Shown here: piece after piece, positions 29,042-38,549 of the stretch
How the letters are laid out: each line of letters opens with the position of its first letter
Position numbering within the stretch: the stretch's first letter is position 1
Assembly (NCBI GenBank): GCA_039815185.1
Contig: JBCBZT010000056.1
Location: 1 to 48,975, forward strand
DNA: 48,975 nt
Source: Cyanobacteria bacterium P01_A01_bin.123
Lineage (GTDB): Bacteria; Cyanobacteriota; Cyanobacteriia; Phormidesmidales; Phormidesmidaceae
Direction: 5' to 3'
The notes under the pieces: generated by a model
Database searches by the model: none
Told to the model about the DNA's origin: nothing
Seen by the model: only the letters and a program-made list of their open reading frames with translations
Program-made: the position numbers and the translations under genes

Positions 29042-29911
29042 ATGTGGCCTCAACTTGTCCTTTCCGGCATCGCCATTGGCAGCATGTACGGCCTGGTTGC
29101 TCTGGGGTTCCAGATCACCTATGCCGTCTCTAACACGATGAACTTCTCCCAAGGGGCATCGGTGATGTTAGGTGCTGTGCTGTGCTATCTGTTCAACATT
29201 ACGTGGGGATGGCCGGGGGCGATCGCGGTCGTCCTGACCTTAGCGCTTTGCGCTATTTTTGGTCTGGTTGTTGAACGCTTTACTGTCCGGCCCTTTGCCC
29301 ACAACGGTTCCAACTCCTGGCTACTGACGACTATTGCCCTAGGCATTATCGTTGAGAACCTGGTGATGTTGACCTTTGGCAAAGAGGTGCGAGCCTATCC
29401 CTCACCCCTGGCGGAAACGCCCGTGCGAATTTTGGGATTTGGGATTTTTCCCATCGAGTTGGTGATTCCGGTCGTGGGGCTGGCGATCGCCCTATTGATC
29501 CGCTTTGTGTTAACCCGCACCCTTTTGGGTAAAGCGATGCAGGCCGTTAGCGAAAATCACGACACGGCCAGCATGATGGGGATTCCAGTGGCGCAGATGA
29601 TCGCGCTCTCCTACGCCATTTCTACCCTGCTGGCAGGCATTAGCGGCATGTTAATTGCGCCTGTGGCCAACGTATCTGCCACGATGGGGACATTGCTGGG
29701 GCTGAAAGCCTTTGCCACGGCCATCATTGGCGGATTGGGGAATCCCTGGGGCGTCGTTGTTGCTGGGGTGGCCTATGGCGTTGTCGAGTCAGTGGCGGCG
29801 GGGGTATGGGGTGGTAGCTACCGGGAAATTGTGGGCTTTGCGGTCGTTATTTTGGTATTGGCGCTGCGACCTGACGGCTTGTTTGGGCGGGCTCAAGTGA
29901 AGAAGGTTTAG
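29042..29911 (+). CDS. LivH-type ABC permease
   Basis: GSMYGLVALG, NFSQG, LKAF..AIIGGLG and RPDGLFG motifs. Confidence 0.9.
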   Translation: MWPQLVLSGIAIGSMYGLVALGFQITYAVSNTMNFSQGASVMLGAVLCYLFNITWGWPGAIAVVLTLALCAIFGLVVERFTVRPFAHNGSNSWLLTTIALGIIVENLVMLTFGKEVRAYPSPLAETPVRILGFGIFPIELVIPVVGLAIALLIRFVLTRTLLGKAMQAVSENHDTASMMGIPVAQMIALSYAISTLLAGISGMLIAPVANVSATMGTLLGLKAFATAIIGGLGNPWGVVVAGVAYGVVESVAAGVWGGSYREIVGFAVVILVLALRPDGLFGRAQVKKV

Positions 29912-29913
29912 GG

Positions 29914-32394
29914 ATGAAGGTTCGTATCGTCATTGGGATTGGGATATTTGCCCTAGCGATCGCGGCCACGCTGGCGGCGCCCAATTCTTACTATCTCTTC
30001 GTCCTGGGGATGATCGGTGTGACAACGCTGGTATCCGTTGGGTTAAACATTTTAGCTGGACTCTCAGGACAGATTTCCATTGGGCATGCTGGTTTTTTTG
30101 CGATCGGCGCTTATACCGGCAGTCTGTTGATGCTAAGAGCTCAGTGGCACTTTGGACTGGCGCTGATCATGGCAGCCTTAGTAACCGCAGGGACAGGCGT
30201 TACTTTGGCCGCACCAGCTTTACGGGTGAGTGGCCCCTATTTAGCGATGGTCACCATTGCCTTTGGCATCATTGTTGAGCGCATTCTGATCGAGTGGGTC
30301 GGGCTTACCGGAGGCTTTGGGGGGCTCACCGGAATTCCGCGCCCTACGTTGCTGGGATTGCAGCCGCCCCTGCGAGACAGTGTGCTATTAGTGATGACGA
30401 TTGCGTTTCTAGCCGTTCTGTCTTTTACGTTGCTAAAACGACATCCCTGGGGGCGGGCATTTCAGGCCGTGCGGGATGACGCGATCGCGGCGACTGCCAT
30501 GGGCCTGAATTCCCTTTACGTGCGGGTGATGGCCTTTGCCGTGTCAGCGGCGTTGACCGGCGTGGCGGGCGTCTTTTTCGCGGCTATCGTAGGCTTCGTC
30601 AGTCCCGACAGCTTCACCTTTCATCGCTCTATTCTGTTTTTGCTGGCGGTTATTCTGGGTGGTTTGGGGGCAGCAGAAGGGGCTTTTGTCGGGGCGATTA
30701 TCTTGGTCATTTTGCCAGAATTCCTCCACGACTTTGCTGATTATCAACTCCTGGTCTTTGGCTCCCTGCTGGTGCTGACGCTGCGCCTGGCCCCTGATGG
30801 TCTGATGAGCCTGTTCAAACGCTGGTTAGATCATCCCGCACCCGTACATCCCCTGCCGACGCCACCCGATTTACCCGTCCTGGTGGCTCAGCATCAAACC
30901 CCGACTCCCTTAGAAGTAGATACCGTCAGCATTCAATTTGGTGGCATTCGGGCGGTTGATCAGGTCAGTTTGACCGCCAAACCCGGAACTGTAACGGCTG
31001 TGATCGGGCCGAATGGCGCGGGCAAGACGACCCTACTCAATTTGATCAGCGGCTTCTATCGGTCTCAATCTGGATCCATTCGATTGGGGCAAACCGATTT
31101 AACCCATCTCACCAGTCGCAAAATCGCAGCCATCGGGGTGAGTCGAACCTTTCAGGCAACTCGCTTGTTTAATTCTTTGTCGGTGTTAGACAATTTGCGG
31201 GTAGCGGCTGTAGGTGATCGGTTGGGCTTTGTGGTGGCGGCCTTGCTGGGGGTAGGGTGCAGTCGCCAACCCGAAAAATCACTGTTGGAGATCCTCTCAT
31301 TTGTTGGCTATGAGGGGGATGTCCATCAGACGGCAGCAGCGCTGTCATTTGGCGATCGCCGTCTCGTAGAAATGGCTCGTGCCTTAGTGACCCAACCCCA
31401 GGTCTTGCTCCTAGATGAACCGGCAGCAGGACTCAGTAAAGAAGACAAAGTAGCCCTAGCCCAACTGATCCGCCGGATTGCCAGTAGCGGCATCAAAGTC
31501 ATCCTGATCGAGCACGATATGGACTTGGTGATGGGCATTTCGGACACGGTATTAGTGATGGACAGCGGCGTTGCCATCGCCTCAGGGGCTCCCAGCCAGA
31601 TACAACAAGATCCGAAAGTCCTGACAGCTTATCTAGGGACTGAAACCTCTGCCGCTGATTGGATACGGGATCGTTCTCCAGAAGACGCTCAACTGCTGAC
31701 GGTACAAGATTTGGTCGTGGGGTATGGCAATTTACAGGTTTTAAAGACGCTCTCTCTGGAAGTTAATCAGGGGGAGTTGGTTGCAGTCGTCGGGGCTAAT
31801 GGGGCTGGGAAAAGTACCTTATTGAAAAGTCTGGTAAATTTGCTGTCTGTCTGGTCGGGGCAAGTCCAGTTTTTAGGACGATCGTTGTCCAATATTCCTG
31901 CCCATCACATGGCTCACACGGGCATTGTGCTGGTGCCTGAAGGTCGTCAAGTATTTCGAGAACTAGACGTGATTGACAATTTGCGGCTCGGGGCATTCCA
32001 TCGTCGCGATCGCGAGATTGATAAAGATATCCAACAGATGCTGCAACGCTTTCCCCGGCTGCAGGAACGCCAAGCCCAAAAAGCAGGATTACTCTCTGGC
32101 GGTGAGCAACAAATGCTGGCAATCGCCCGGGGGCTAATGGCCCGTCCACAACTCTTACTGCTAGATGAGCCGTCTCTGGGGTTAGCCCCTCAGTTGGTGA
32201 CGGGGCTCTACGCAACCCTGGCCAAACTGCGGGACGAGGGCATGACCATTTTGCTCGTGGATCAAATGGCTAGTCTAGCCTTAGCGATCGCAGATCGCGC
32301 TTATTTGTTAGAAACAGGTCAAATCGTTCGCGCTGGTGCCGCCAAAGACCTGCGAGATGACCCCGCGATCGCAGAGGTTTACCTCGGGGGCTAG
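29914..32394 (+). CDS. Fused LivM permease + two ABC ATPase domains (LivG+LivF-like)
   Basis: GQISIGHAGFFAIGAY permease motif; Walker A GPNGAGKTT and GANGAGKST; two LLLDEP motifs; continuous 826-aa ORF. Confidence 0.9.
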   Translation: MKVRIVIGIGIFALAIAATLAAPNSYYLFVLGMIGVTTLVSVGLNILAGLSGQISIGHAGFFAIGAYTGSLLMLRAQWHFGLALIMAALVTAGTGVTLAAPALRVSGPYLAMVTIAFGIIVERILIEWVGLTGGFGGLTGIPRPTLLGLQPPLRDSVLLVMTIAFLAVLSFTLLKRHPWGRAFQAVRDDAIAATAMGLNSLYVRVMAFAVSAALTGVAGVFFAAIVGFVSPDSFTFHRSILFLLAVILGGLGAAEGAFVGAIILVILPEFLHDFADYQLLVFGSLLVLTLRLAPDGLMSLFKRWLDHPAPVHPLPTPPDLPVLVAQHQTPTPLEVDTVSIQFGGIRAVDQVSLTAKPGTVTAVIGPNGAGKTTLLNLISGFYRSQSGSIRLGQTDLTHLTSRKIAAIGVSRTFQATRLFNSLSVLDNLRVAAVGDRLGFVVAALLGVGCSRQPEKSLLEILSFVGYEGDVHQTAAALSFGDRRLVEMARALVTQPQVLLLDEPAAGLSKEDKVALAQLIRRIASSGIKVILIEHDMDLVMGISDTVLVMDSGVAIASGAPSQIQQDPKVLTAYLGTETSAADWIRDRSPEDAQLLTVQDLVVGYGNLQVLKTLSLEVNQGELVAVVGANGAGKSTLLKSLVNLLSVWSGQVQFLGRSLSNIPAHHMAHTGIVLVPEGRQVFRELDVIDNLRLGAFHRRDREIDKDIQQMLQRFPRLQERQAQKAGLLSGGEQQMLAIARGLMARPQLLLLDEPSLGLAPQLVTGLYATLAKLRDEGMTILLVDQMASLALAIADRAYLLETGQIVRAGAAKDLRDDPAIAEVYLGG

Positions 32395-32404
32395 TCGTCT
32401 TAGT

Positions 32405-33475
32405 TTAGTTAGGATGCGATACTAGGGCTAAATCTGCGATCGCCTGTCGCAGCCCCTCAAAACTACGTCCCACCGCCCCACTGTGCAACAGTTTTTCAGC
32501 AGTGGCCAGTCCGGCTTCAACGCTGGAGACCACACCACAGCGCCAGAGATAAAATCCCCCGTTCCAACGGGCTGAGTCATACAGATCAGTGGTTTTGCCT
32601 GCCAATACCGCTTTGATTTCTGCAATTAACTGAGGCAGAGGTAAAAGCGGGATGTCTTCACCATCCAGGTCATAATCTCTGGGATGCAGTAGCAATCGCG
32701 CTAACTCGTCTTGGCCAGGATTTCCCAAACCCAAGATGGCGGTACGGCTGCGGGGTAAATCACAACTGCCCTCTAGCCCCTTGACCATAGTGTAAAAGGG
32801 CTGCTGGCGCATTTCATAGGCGATTTGGGCCCGTTCCTCCGTCGGTGGATGGACAAATCCTGTAACCAAATGATGTTCGCCGTGATAGGGAGACCACATC
32901 AGTTCAACGGTAGCGAGGGTTGGGCGTTTGCCAATTTGATCGCGGTAGGGCACCAACGCTTGTGCCAATGGGAAATGGGTGGGTTGATAGACAAAACCAA
33001 ACCCCGTTTGTTCAAATAGACGCTGACTTTGGGCCAGGGTAAGTTGATGCAGGGGTAAATCTAAGGCTTGCCAGATTTCTATGAGCGACAACCCGTATTT
33101 AGTCGGCATGCGATCGCTACCGTGCAGCACTACAGGTGCATTTGCCGCAATCAAAATCAACGCGGTTAGAGGGCTAATGGGGGCAGTGCGCGATCGCCCA
33201 TCATAGGGTGCACAAAATACGGTTGGTGGGTAAGCTGCCTCAATTGGCATCAGGGCAGGCCCCAAATCGTCATAGGCATCGAGCATGCCTGCTAGCTCCG
33301 TCGGGGTAGGGCGACGAATCCGGTGGGCAATCATAAACGCCCCGATCTGCGCTGGCGTCGCGGCTTGAGTCAACATCAGTTGAGTTGCCGTTGCCGCTTC
33401 CTCACGGGTCAACGATTGAGAGGTGTGAGTCCCGCTACCAACTTTCTTGAGTAGTGCTTTAAAGACATCGCTCAT
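32405..33475 (-). CDS. cnaT: Anthranilate phosphoribosyltransferase-like protein (CnaT/YbiB type)
   Basis: KKVGSGTHT, QIGAFMIAHRI, YDGR, MPTKYG and GFVHPP motifs; downstream of ntcB, as in the Anabaena nir cluster. Confidence 0.8.
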   Translation of the reverse strand: MSDVFKALLKKVGSGTHTSQSLTREEAATATQLMLTQAATPAQIGAFMIAHRIRRPTPTELAGMLDAYDDLGPALMPIEAAYPPTVFCAPYDGRSRTAPISPLTALILIAANAPVVLHGSDRMPTKYGLSLIEIWQALDLPLHQLTLAQSQRLFEQTGFGFVYQPTHFPLAQALVPYRDQIGKRPTLATVELMWSPYHGEHHLVTGFVHPPTEERAQIAYEMRQQPFYTMVKGLEGSCDLPRSRTAILGLGNPGQDELARLLLHPRDYDLDGEDIPLLPLPQLIAEIKAVLAGKTTDLYDSARWNGGFYLWRCGVVSSVEAGLATAEKLLHSGAVGRSFEGLRQAIADLALVSHPN

Positions 33476-33619
33476 GGTCTCTCCCACCGCCTTTTAAGTA
33501 CCTATTGCGCTCTCTGAATCTAACGAATGTCTGCACGTTCACCCTTGAGGGTTGGTCTCAATCGGATGGGGTAGCTTACCCATGTCCATCACAACAGTGT
33601 CATACCTTAAAATCTTGGT

Positions 33620-34534
33620 CTACTGAACCAATGCCATTTGAGATTGACGATTGCGTTGTTGAACCAGTGTAAAAAATGCCTGAATGGGAGGAATCTTTAG
33701 CCGATCGTGGGTGGTCACCATTACCACTTGGCGGCTTAAATTGGGGGCTTCTGTGGTTCGAACTGCCAGCGTTGGATCGTGGGTACACTCTATCAGAGCC
33801 GACTGAGGCAGCATCGCAATCAGATCCCCCTGGCGAACTACCCCCCGAAAGCTATCTAAGGTATTTAACTCCAAGACAGACTGAATCTCCATGCCATACT
33901 TTTGAAATTCTTTTTGCATCAGCCGCTGCATGCCATAGCCGTCTTTGAAGGTGACTTGAGGGTACTTGGCCAGCGCTTCCCAAGGCACCTGTCTATAGTC
34001 ACTCAGGGGATGGTTCGCGGCCATCAAAACCTGGATGGGTTCCTCGTAGAGCGACTCAACTGCCATTTCGGCACTGGTGGTGAGCATCGGGTTATCCATC
34101 ACAATGGCCACATCAACCAGTCCATCGCGCAAGACCTTCAACGAGCGATCGCTCCCCAAGGCCGTCACCCGCATCTGCACATGGGGATAACTTTGACAGA
34201 ACTGTTGCAGCACTGGGGGCAACAAATGGGCACAGACCGAGTGAATCGCCGCAATGCAAAGTTCGGGTTGACGCCCTTCCATTAAGTCAGCCAGTTCCCG
34301 ACTGGCTTGCTGCCACTCCTGACAAATCTTACGCGCCCGAGGCAGGAGGTAATCCCCCCCGACGGTGGTTTTGCTCTGGGCGGTACGGTGTAATAAGGGC
34401 AGCCCTAACTCAGATTCCAGCGCCTGAATCTGGCGGCTAACGGTCGATTGTGTCACATTGCAACGGCGGGCAGCGGCTTGAAAACTGCCCGTTTCTGCGA
34501 CGGCGAGAAAAGCCTGCAACTGCTCAAGGCGCAT
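33620..34534 (-). CDS. ntcB: LysR-type nitrate assimilation regulator NtcB
   Basis: MRLEQLQAFLAVAETGSFQ.AA..C.VTQST HTH and LGSDRSLKVL.DG motif; nir cluster context. Confidence 0.9.
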   Translation of the reverse strand: MRLEQLQAFLAVAETGSFQAAARRCNVTQSTVSRQIQALESELGLPLLHRTAQSKTTVGGDYLLPRARKICQEWQQASRELADLMEGRQPELCIAAIHSVCAHLLPPVLQQFCQSYPHVQMRVTALGSDRSLKVLRDGLVDVAIVMDNPMLTTSAEMAVESLYEEPIQVLMAANHPLSDYRQVPWEALAKYPQVTFKDGYGMQRLMQKEFQKYGMEIQSVLELNTLDSFRGVVRQGDLIAMLPQSALIECTHDPTLAVRTTEAPNLSRQVVMVTTHDRLKIPPIQAFFTLVQQRNRQSQMALVQ

Positions 34535-34591
34535 AATTTTGATCCTTTTGCCACAACGCTTATAGGCACAGCAATTGCAACGTCAATTGTG

Positions 34592-34633
34592 ACTATAGAG
34601 AATTACTCGGTTTAACATCGTAGGCTGTATTAC
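34592..34633 (-). promoter_or_regulatory. NtcA class II promoter of ntcB
   Basis: GTA-GGCTGTAT-TAC (34620-34633), 22 nt spacer, TATAGT -10 box on the minus strand (34592-34597). Confidence 0.85.
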
Positions 34634-34671
34634 AGATATTTGCAGCCAAGCTTGCTGTTGGTCTGCCCAGA

Positions 34672-35904
34672 CTACCACTCAGCTAAAGCCTTTTGCACAC
34701 CTATCCGTAAAGTGTCAGTTAATTCTGACATTTGGCTCAGGTGTTGCAGGTATTGGTAACCATCAACGGTGTTGAGTTGCTTTAAGGCCGCGATCGCGTG
34801 GAGTTGCACCCCCTCATGGTCATCCGCGAGACAACTCAGAATGCCATTGAGGGCTTGATCACAGCCTAGACGAGCCAACCCCAACGCGATCGATTGTTTT
34901 TCTAAGATCGTTGGCTGACGATCTAAGTGAGATAGCAAATATTGGGTTGCCCGCTCCCTTAAATCGGGTATCTCAACTGTGGATAGGGTGCGAATGGCCT
35001 CATAGCGGACTGGTACCTCAGGCATGGTTAACACTGGCGCGATCGCATCAACGGCTGCTAGGGTCGGAATCCAGCCCAGTGACTGAATCAACTGATGCTT
35101 TAAAGCCTCTGCCGTACGAGGCTGACTAAGAACCGTCCCTAAACACGCCACAGCATAAGGGGTACCCCATCGGCCCAGCGCGGCTGCAGCCTTGGCACAC
35201 ACATCAAGATGGACATCATGTAGACAAGCTGCTAATCGGAATCCTAAGTCATGACTACTAAAGTCACCTCCAGTGGAGCAACTTCCATCTGAGTTCGCCC
35301 TGTTTGACTCATCTCTATCTAAATCAGGCCCGTCCACAACGCTCGCCTGTTTCCCAGTCTGCCACTTGAACCGCAATCCCAAACCCGTCACGGCTTCTTT
35401 GCGAACGCCAGCAGATGAATCATCTAAAGCCTGAACTAATACAGGCAGAATGCGTGAATCTTGAAAACTAGCCAGGGCCTCTATGGCAATTTGGCGCACT
35501 TGTGAATCACGATCGTTGACCACTCGCAGGAGTGGGGCAATGGTGCGCCGTTGCCGGATCTGTGCCAACGCCTGCACTGCCAGCAACCGGGTCGAATCCG
35601 ACTGAAGTAGATAGCTCAAGGGATGGATGGCGCTGGGGCCAATCTGTGCCAAGGCCGCAGCCGCAATCTGATTCAGCTCCTCGTCCTCATCGCTGAGCAA
35701 CTGGGCCAGTGCTGCCAGCGCTTGGGGATGGTCAAATTCTCCTAGGGTGCGGGCCGCAAACCAGCGGATGTCTTCATCAATCGTGTCGTTTTGGGTGAGA
35801 TCCACTAAGGGGGCGATCGCAACTTCGCCAACCTCTCGTAGCTGCTTTGCGGCTTCCCATTGCCGCTGAAAATCACCACTAACTAATCCTTCCAAGGCCA
35901 GCAT
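34672..35904 (-). CDS. nirB: HEAT/PBS-lyase repeat protein, NirB-like
   Basis: GDFQRQWEAAK, RWFAAR.LG and repeated D.D..VR..A..AL units; divergent from nirA. Start uncertain (ORF is open to 36060). Confidence 0.7.
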   Translation of the reverse strand: MLALEGLVSGDFQRQWEAAKQLREVGEVAIAPLVDLTQNDTIDEDIRWFAARTLGEFDHPQALAALAQLLSDEDEELNQIAAAALAQIGPSAIHPLSYLLQSDSTRLLAVQALAQIRQRRTIAPLLRVVNDRDSQVRQIAIEALASFQDSRILPVLVQALDDSSAGVRKEAVTGLGLRFKWQTGKQASVVDGPDLDRDESNRANSDGSCSTGGDFSSHDLGFRLAACLHDVHLDVCAKAAAALGRWGTPYAVACLGTVLSQPRTAEALKHQLIQSLGWIPTLAAVDAIAPVLTMPEVPVRYEAIRTLSTVEIPDLRERATQYLLSHLDRQPTILEKQSIALGLARLGCDQALNGILSCLADDHEGVQLHAIAALKQLNTVDGYQYLQHLSQMSELTDTLRIGVQKALAEW

Positions 35905-36079
35905 CAAAATTTTATTAGGGGCTGCATTAGCGTAAGCAGTTGAGGGGCGAAACGCGGGCTGATGCAAGGTAAAACTCCTAAGCGGGGGGCGATTACCGGA
36001 AAAACTGCCACAGTCTACGGCAACGGTTCCATCATTCCTTAGGTGATCCAGCAATGGCAAGGGTTAAAGGTCTATCTTA

Positions 36080-36116
36080 ATGCATTGAATACATCAACTG
36101 AATGCAATGGACGCAT
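36080..36116 (-). promoter_or_regulatory. Tandem NtcB-type LysR boxes facing nirB
   Basis: ATGC-N7-GCAT (36102-36116) and ATGC-N7-ACAT (36080-36094), 22 bp apart. Confidence 0.6.
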
Positions 36117-36478
36117 CAAAAATATTGACCTGGATTAACAGTGGCGTCGCTATTTTTTTAATTAACTTCTGACCTCATTTCAATAAAACTTTCAGTCAAT
36201 TCAAGCACTAAATCACAGCTGACTTGAAAATTTGAGCGGGAGTGTAATGTCTGGCGTCCCCTACCCAGAAAGTAGTTCTGCATGTGAACGAAGTTTCAAG
36301 GTGAGTGCCTTAAAAGAACTTTGGCAGTCACAGCTACAGATCTTGGGGTAAACCTTTGGTTTAAACCGCGATGATTGACGGACCTCTGATCGATTGATCA
36401 ATCGATCAACCAACGGGTTTATTGACTCAGCCCTTGCCTAGTCAAGATCTCGCGACAGAATAGCGGGTCGAGATGACT

Positions 36479-36572
36479 ATGCACGTCCCGCATTTTAACT
36501 ATGCACTTACTGCAACAACCCAGAGAGATTGTACTTGATTATACAAAATACACCCTTTCACTTGTCTACTGT
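36479..36572 (+). promoter_or_regulatory. nirA promoter: NtcB boxes + NtcA box + -10
   Basis: ATGC-N7-GCAT (36479-36493), ATGC-N7-GCAA (36501-36515), GTA-CTTGATTA-TAC (36531-36544), 22 nt spacer, TACTGT (36567-36572). Confidence 0.92.
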
Positions 36573-36793
36573 GATGACACAAATTCGCTCAATGAATTTG
36601 CAGATTTCTAGACTGTTTCTTCAACAATCGGTGGCGAATGTAGTTTTGTAGAAGACTTGAATAACTTTCAGCTTCTGCGCCTGCATTCGTCTCCCTTTAA
36701 TGAATTAAGGTTTGCATTTGGCAGCTAGCTGAGCGTTATATCAACATTTGATTGATCCTCACTGAGTTTTTAGTCGACTAGGCAGGAGATAAC

Positions 36794-38335
36794 GTGGTTG
36801 AAGCATCCGTTAAAACTGGCATCAAGCTCAATAAATTTGAAAAGTTTAAGGCCGAAAAGGATGGGTTGTCTGTCAAGTCTGAGCTAGAAAAGTTCGCCCA
36901 GATGGGTTGGGAAGCGGTTGATGAAACAGATTTGACCCAACGGTTAAAGTGGTTAGGAATTTTCTTCCGCCCGGTTACCCCAGGTAAGTTTATGCTGCGC
37001 CTGCGGATGCCCCACGGTATGCTTTCTAGCCATAAGTTGCGGGTGCTCGCTGAGATTGTGCAGCGTTATGGTGACGAGGGGAGTGCAGACATCACTACGC
37101 GTCAAAACATTCAGCTTCGCGGTATCCATTTAGAGGATATTCCTGATATTTTTCAACGTCTCGAAGCGGCAGGAATGACCTCTGTTCAATCGGGAATGGA
37201 TAACGTGCGCAACATTACGGGCTCCCCCGTAGCAGGTATTGATGCCAATGAGTTAATTGATACCCACGGGCTAGTGCGCAAAGTCCAGGACATGATTACG
37301 GGCAATAGCAAAGGGAATCCAGAGTTTACCAACTTACCCCGAAAGTTCAACATTGCCATTGAAGGCGGGCGAGACAATTCGGTTCACGCTGAAATTAACG
37401 ATATTGCCTTTGTCCCCGCTTACCGAGACGGCACTTTGGGGTTCAACGTACTCGTGGGTGGTTTCTTTTCGGCTAAGCGTTGTGCCGCGGCTATTCCCTT
37501 AGACGCTTGGGTGCCGCCCAACAACGATGTGGTTGCGATCTGCCGCGCCATCTTGGAGGTTTACCGTGACCATGGTTTGCGAGCCAACCGCCAGAAAGCT
37601 CGCTTGATGTGGCTGATTGACGAATGGGGCATGGATGCGTTCCGCAGCGCGGTTGAAAAAGCGTTTGGTCAAACGCTCCTCAGTGCGGCTCCAAAAGATG
37701 AAATTGACTGGGAAAAGCGAGATCACATTGGCGTCCATACCCAGAAGCAGGTGGGGCTCAATTATGTAGGGCTGCACATCCCTGTGGGTCGGTTGAATGC
37801 CCGTGACATGTTGGAAATGGCGCGCCTGGCTGAGGTTTACGGTAATGGCGAGCTGCGCCTAACCGTTGAGCAAAACGTCATTATCCCCAACATTCCTGAT
37901 TCTCGGTTGCCCAATTTCTTGCAAGAACCCTTGTTGGTGAGCCTCTCCATTGAACCGACACCCCTAGTGCGATCGCTAGTGTCCTGTACCGGTGCTCAGT
38001 TTTGCAAATTTGCTTTGGTTGAAACCAAGCAGCGAGCGCTGGCGCTGGCAGAGACTCTAGATGCTGAGTTGTCTATTCCTGAGCAAGTGCGCATTCACTG
38101 GACGGGATGTCCTAATTCTTGCGGTCAACCTCAGGTGGCTGATATTGGCTTCATTGGCACCAAGGCTCGTAAAGATGGCAAGACCGTTGAGGCGGTTGAT
38201 ATCTACATGGGCGGTCAGGTTGGTAAAGAAGCCAAGTTGGGTGAAAGGGTGATGCAAGGCGTTCCGTGTGAGGATCTGAAACCTCTACTTAAGGAACTGC
38301 TAATCGAAAAGTTTGGAGCGTCGGAGAAAGCGTGA
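36794..38335 (+). CDS. nirA: Ferredoxin-nitrite reductase
   Basis: LNKFEKFKAEKDG, DITTRQNIQLRG, NLPRKFN; siroheme/4Fe-4S motifs CTGAQFC and GCPNSCG. Confidence 0.97.
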   Translation: MVEASVKTGIKLNKFEKFKAEKDGLSVKSELEKFAQMGWEAVDETDLTQRLKWLGIFFRPVTPGKFMLRLRMPHGMLSSHKLRVLAEIVQRYGDEGSADITTRQNIQLRGIHLEDIPDIFQRLEAAGMTSVQSGMDNVRNITGSPVAGIDANELIDTHGLVRKVQDMITGNSKGNPEFTNLPRKFNIAIEGGRDNSVHAEINDIAFVPAYRDGTLGFNVLVGGFFSAKRCAAAIPLDAWVPPNNDVVAICRAILEVYRDHGLRANRQKARLMWLIDEWGMDAFRSAVEKAFGQTLLSAAPKDEIDWEKRDHIGVHTQKQVGLNYVGLHIPVGRLNARDMLEMARLAEVYGNGELRLTVEQNVIIPNIPDSRLPNFLQEPLLVSLSIEPTPLVRSLVSCTGAQFCKFALVETKQRALALAETLDAELSIPEQVRIHWTGCPNSCGQPQVADIGFIGTKARKDGKTVEAVDIYMGGQVGKEAKLGERVMQGVPCEDLKPLLKELLIEKFGASEKA

Positions 38336-38378
38336 TGAGGTCATGGTTGTATCGGGTTTCGTATCCTCCACCTGAATG

Positions 38379-38452
38379 ACATCCGAATCTGAAACCTTAA
38401 GTAGGCTCGCAAGCCTTGCGACCCTACAAGGACAAATTACAGGTTTGGATGT
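38379..38452. repeat. GTAG-type REP hairpin nested in an outer inverted repeat
   Basis: GTAGGCTCGCAAGCCTTGCGACCCTAC (38401-38427) flanked by ACATCCGAATCTG / CAGGTTTGGATGT. Confidence 0.7.
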
Positions 38453-38549
38453 AACCAAAGTTTGAATCAAAAAAAGTTGGGTTTGTAAGTTGGACTGTTT
38501 CCTCTGAAACGTCTATGTTGTGCTGTCAGAAAAAAGGACGGGGGCTTTA

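Noticed and set aside
27750..32394. Calling the transporter urt or nat
   Set aside because: Gene number and fusion differ, and substrate cannot be assigned from motifs alone.
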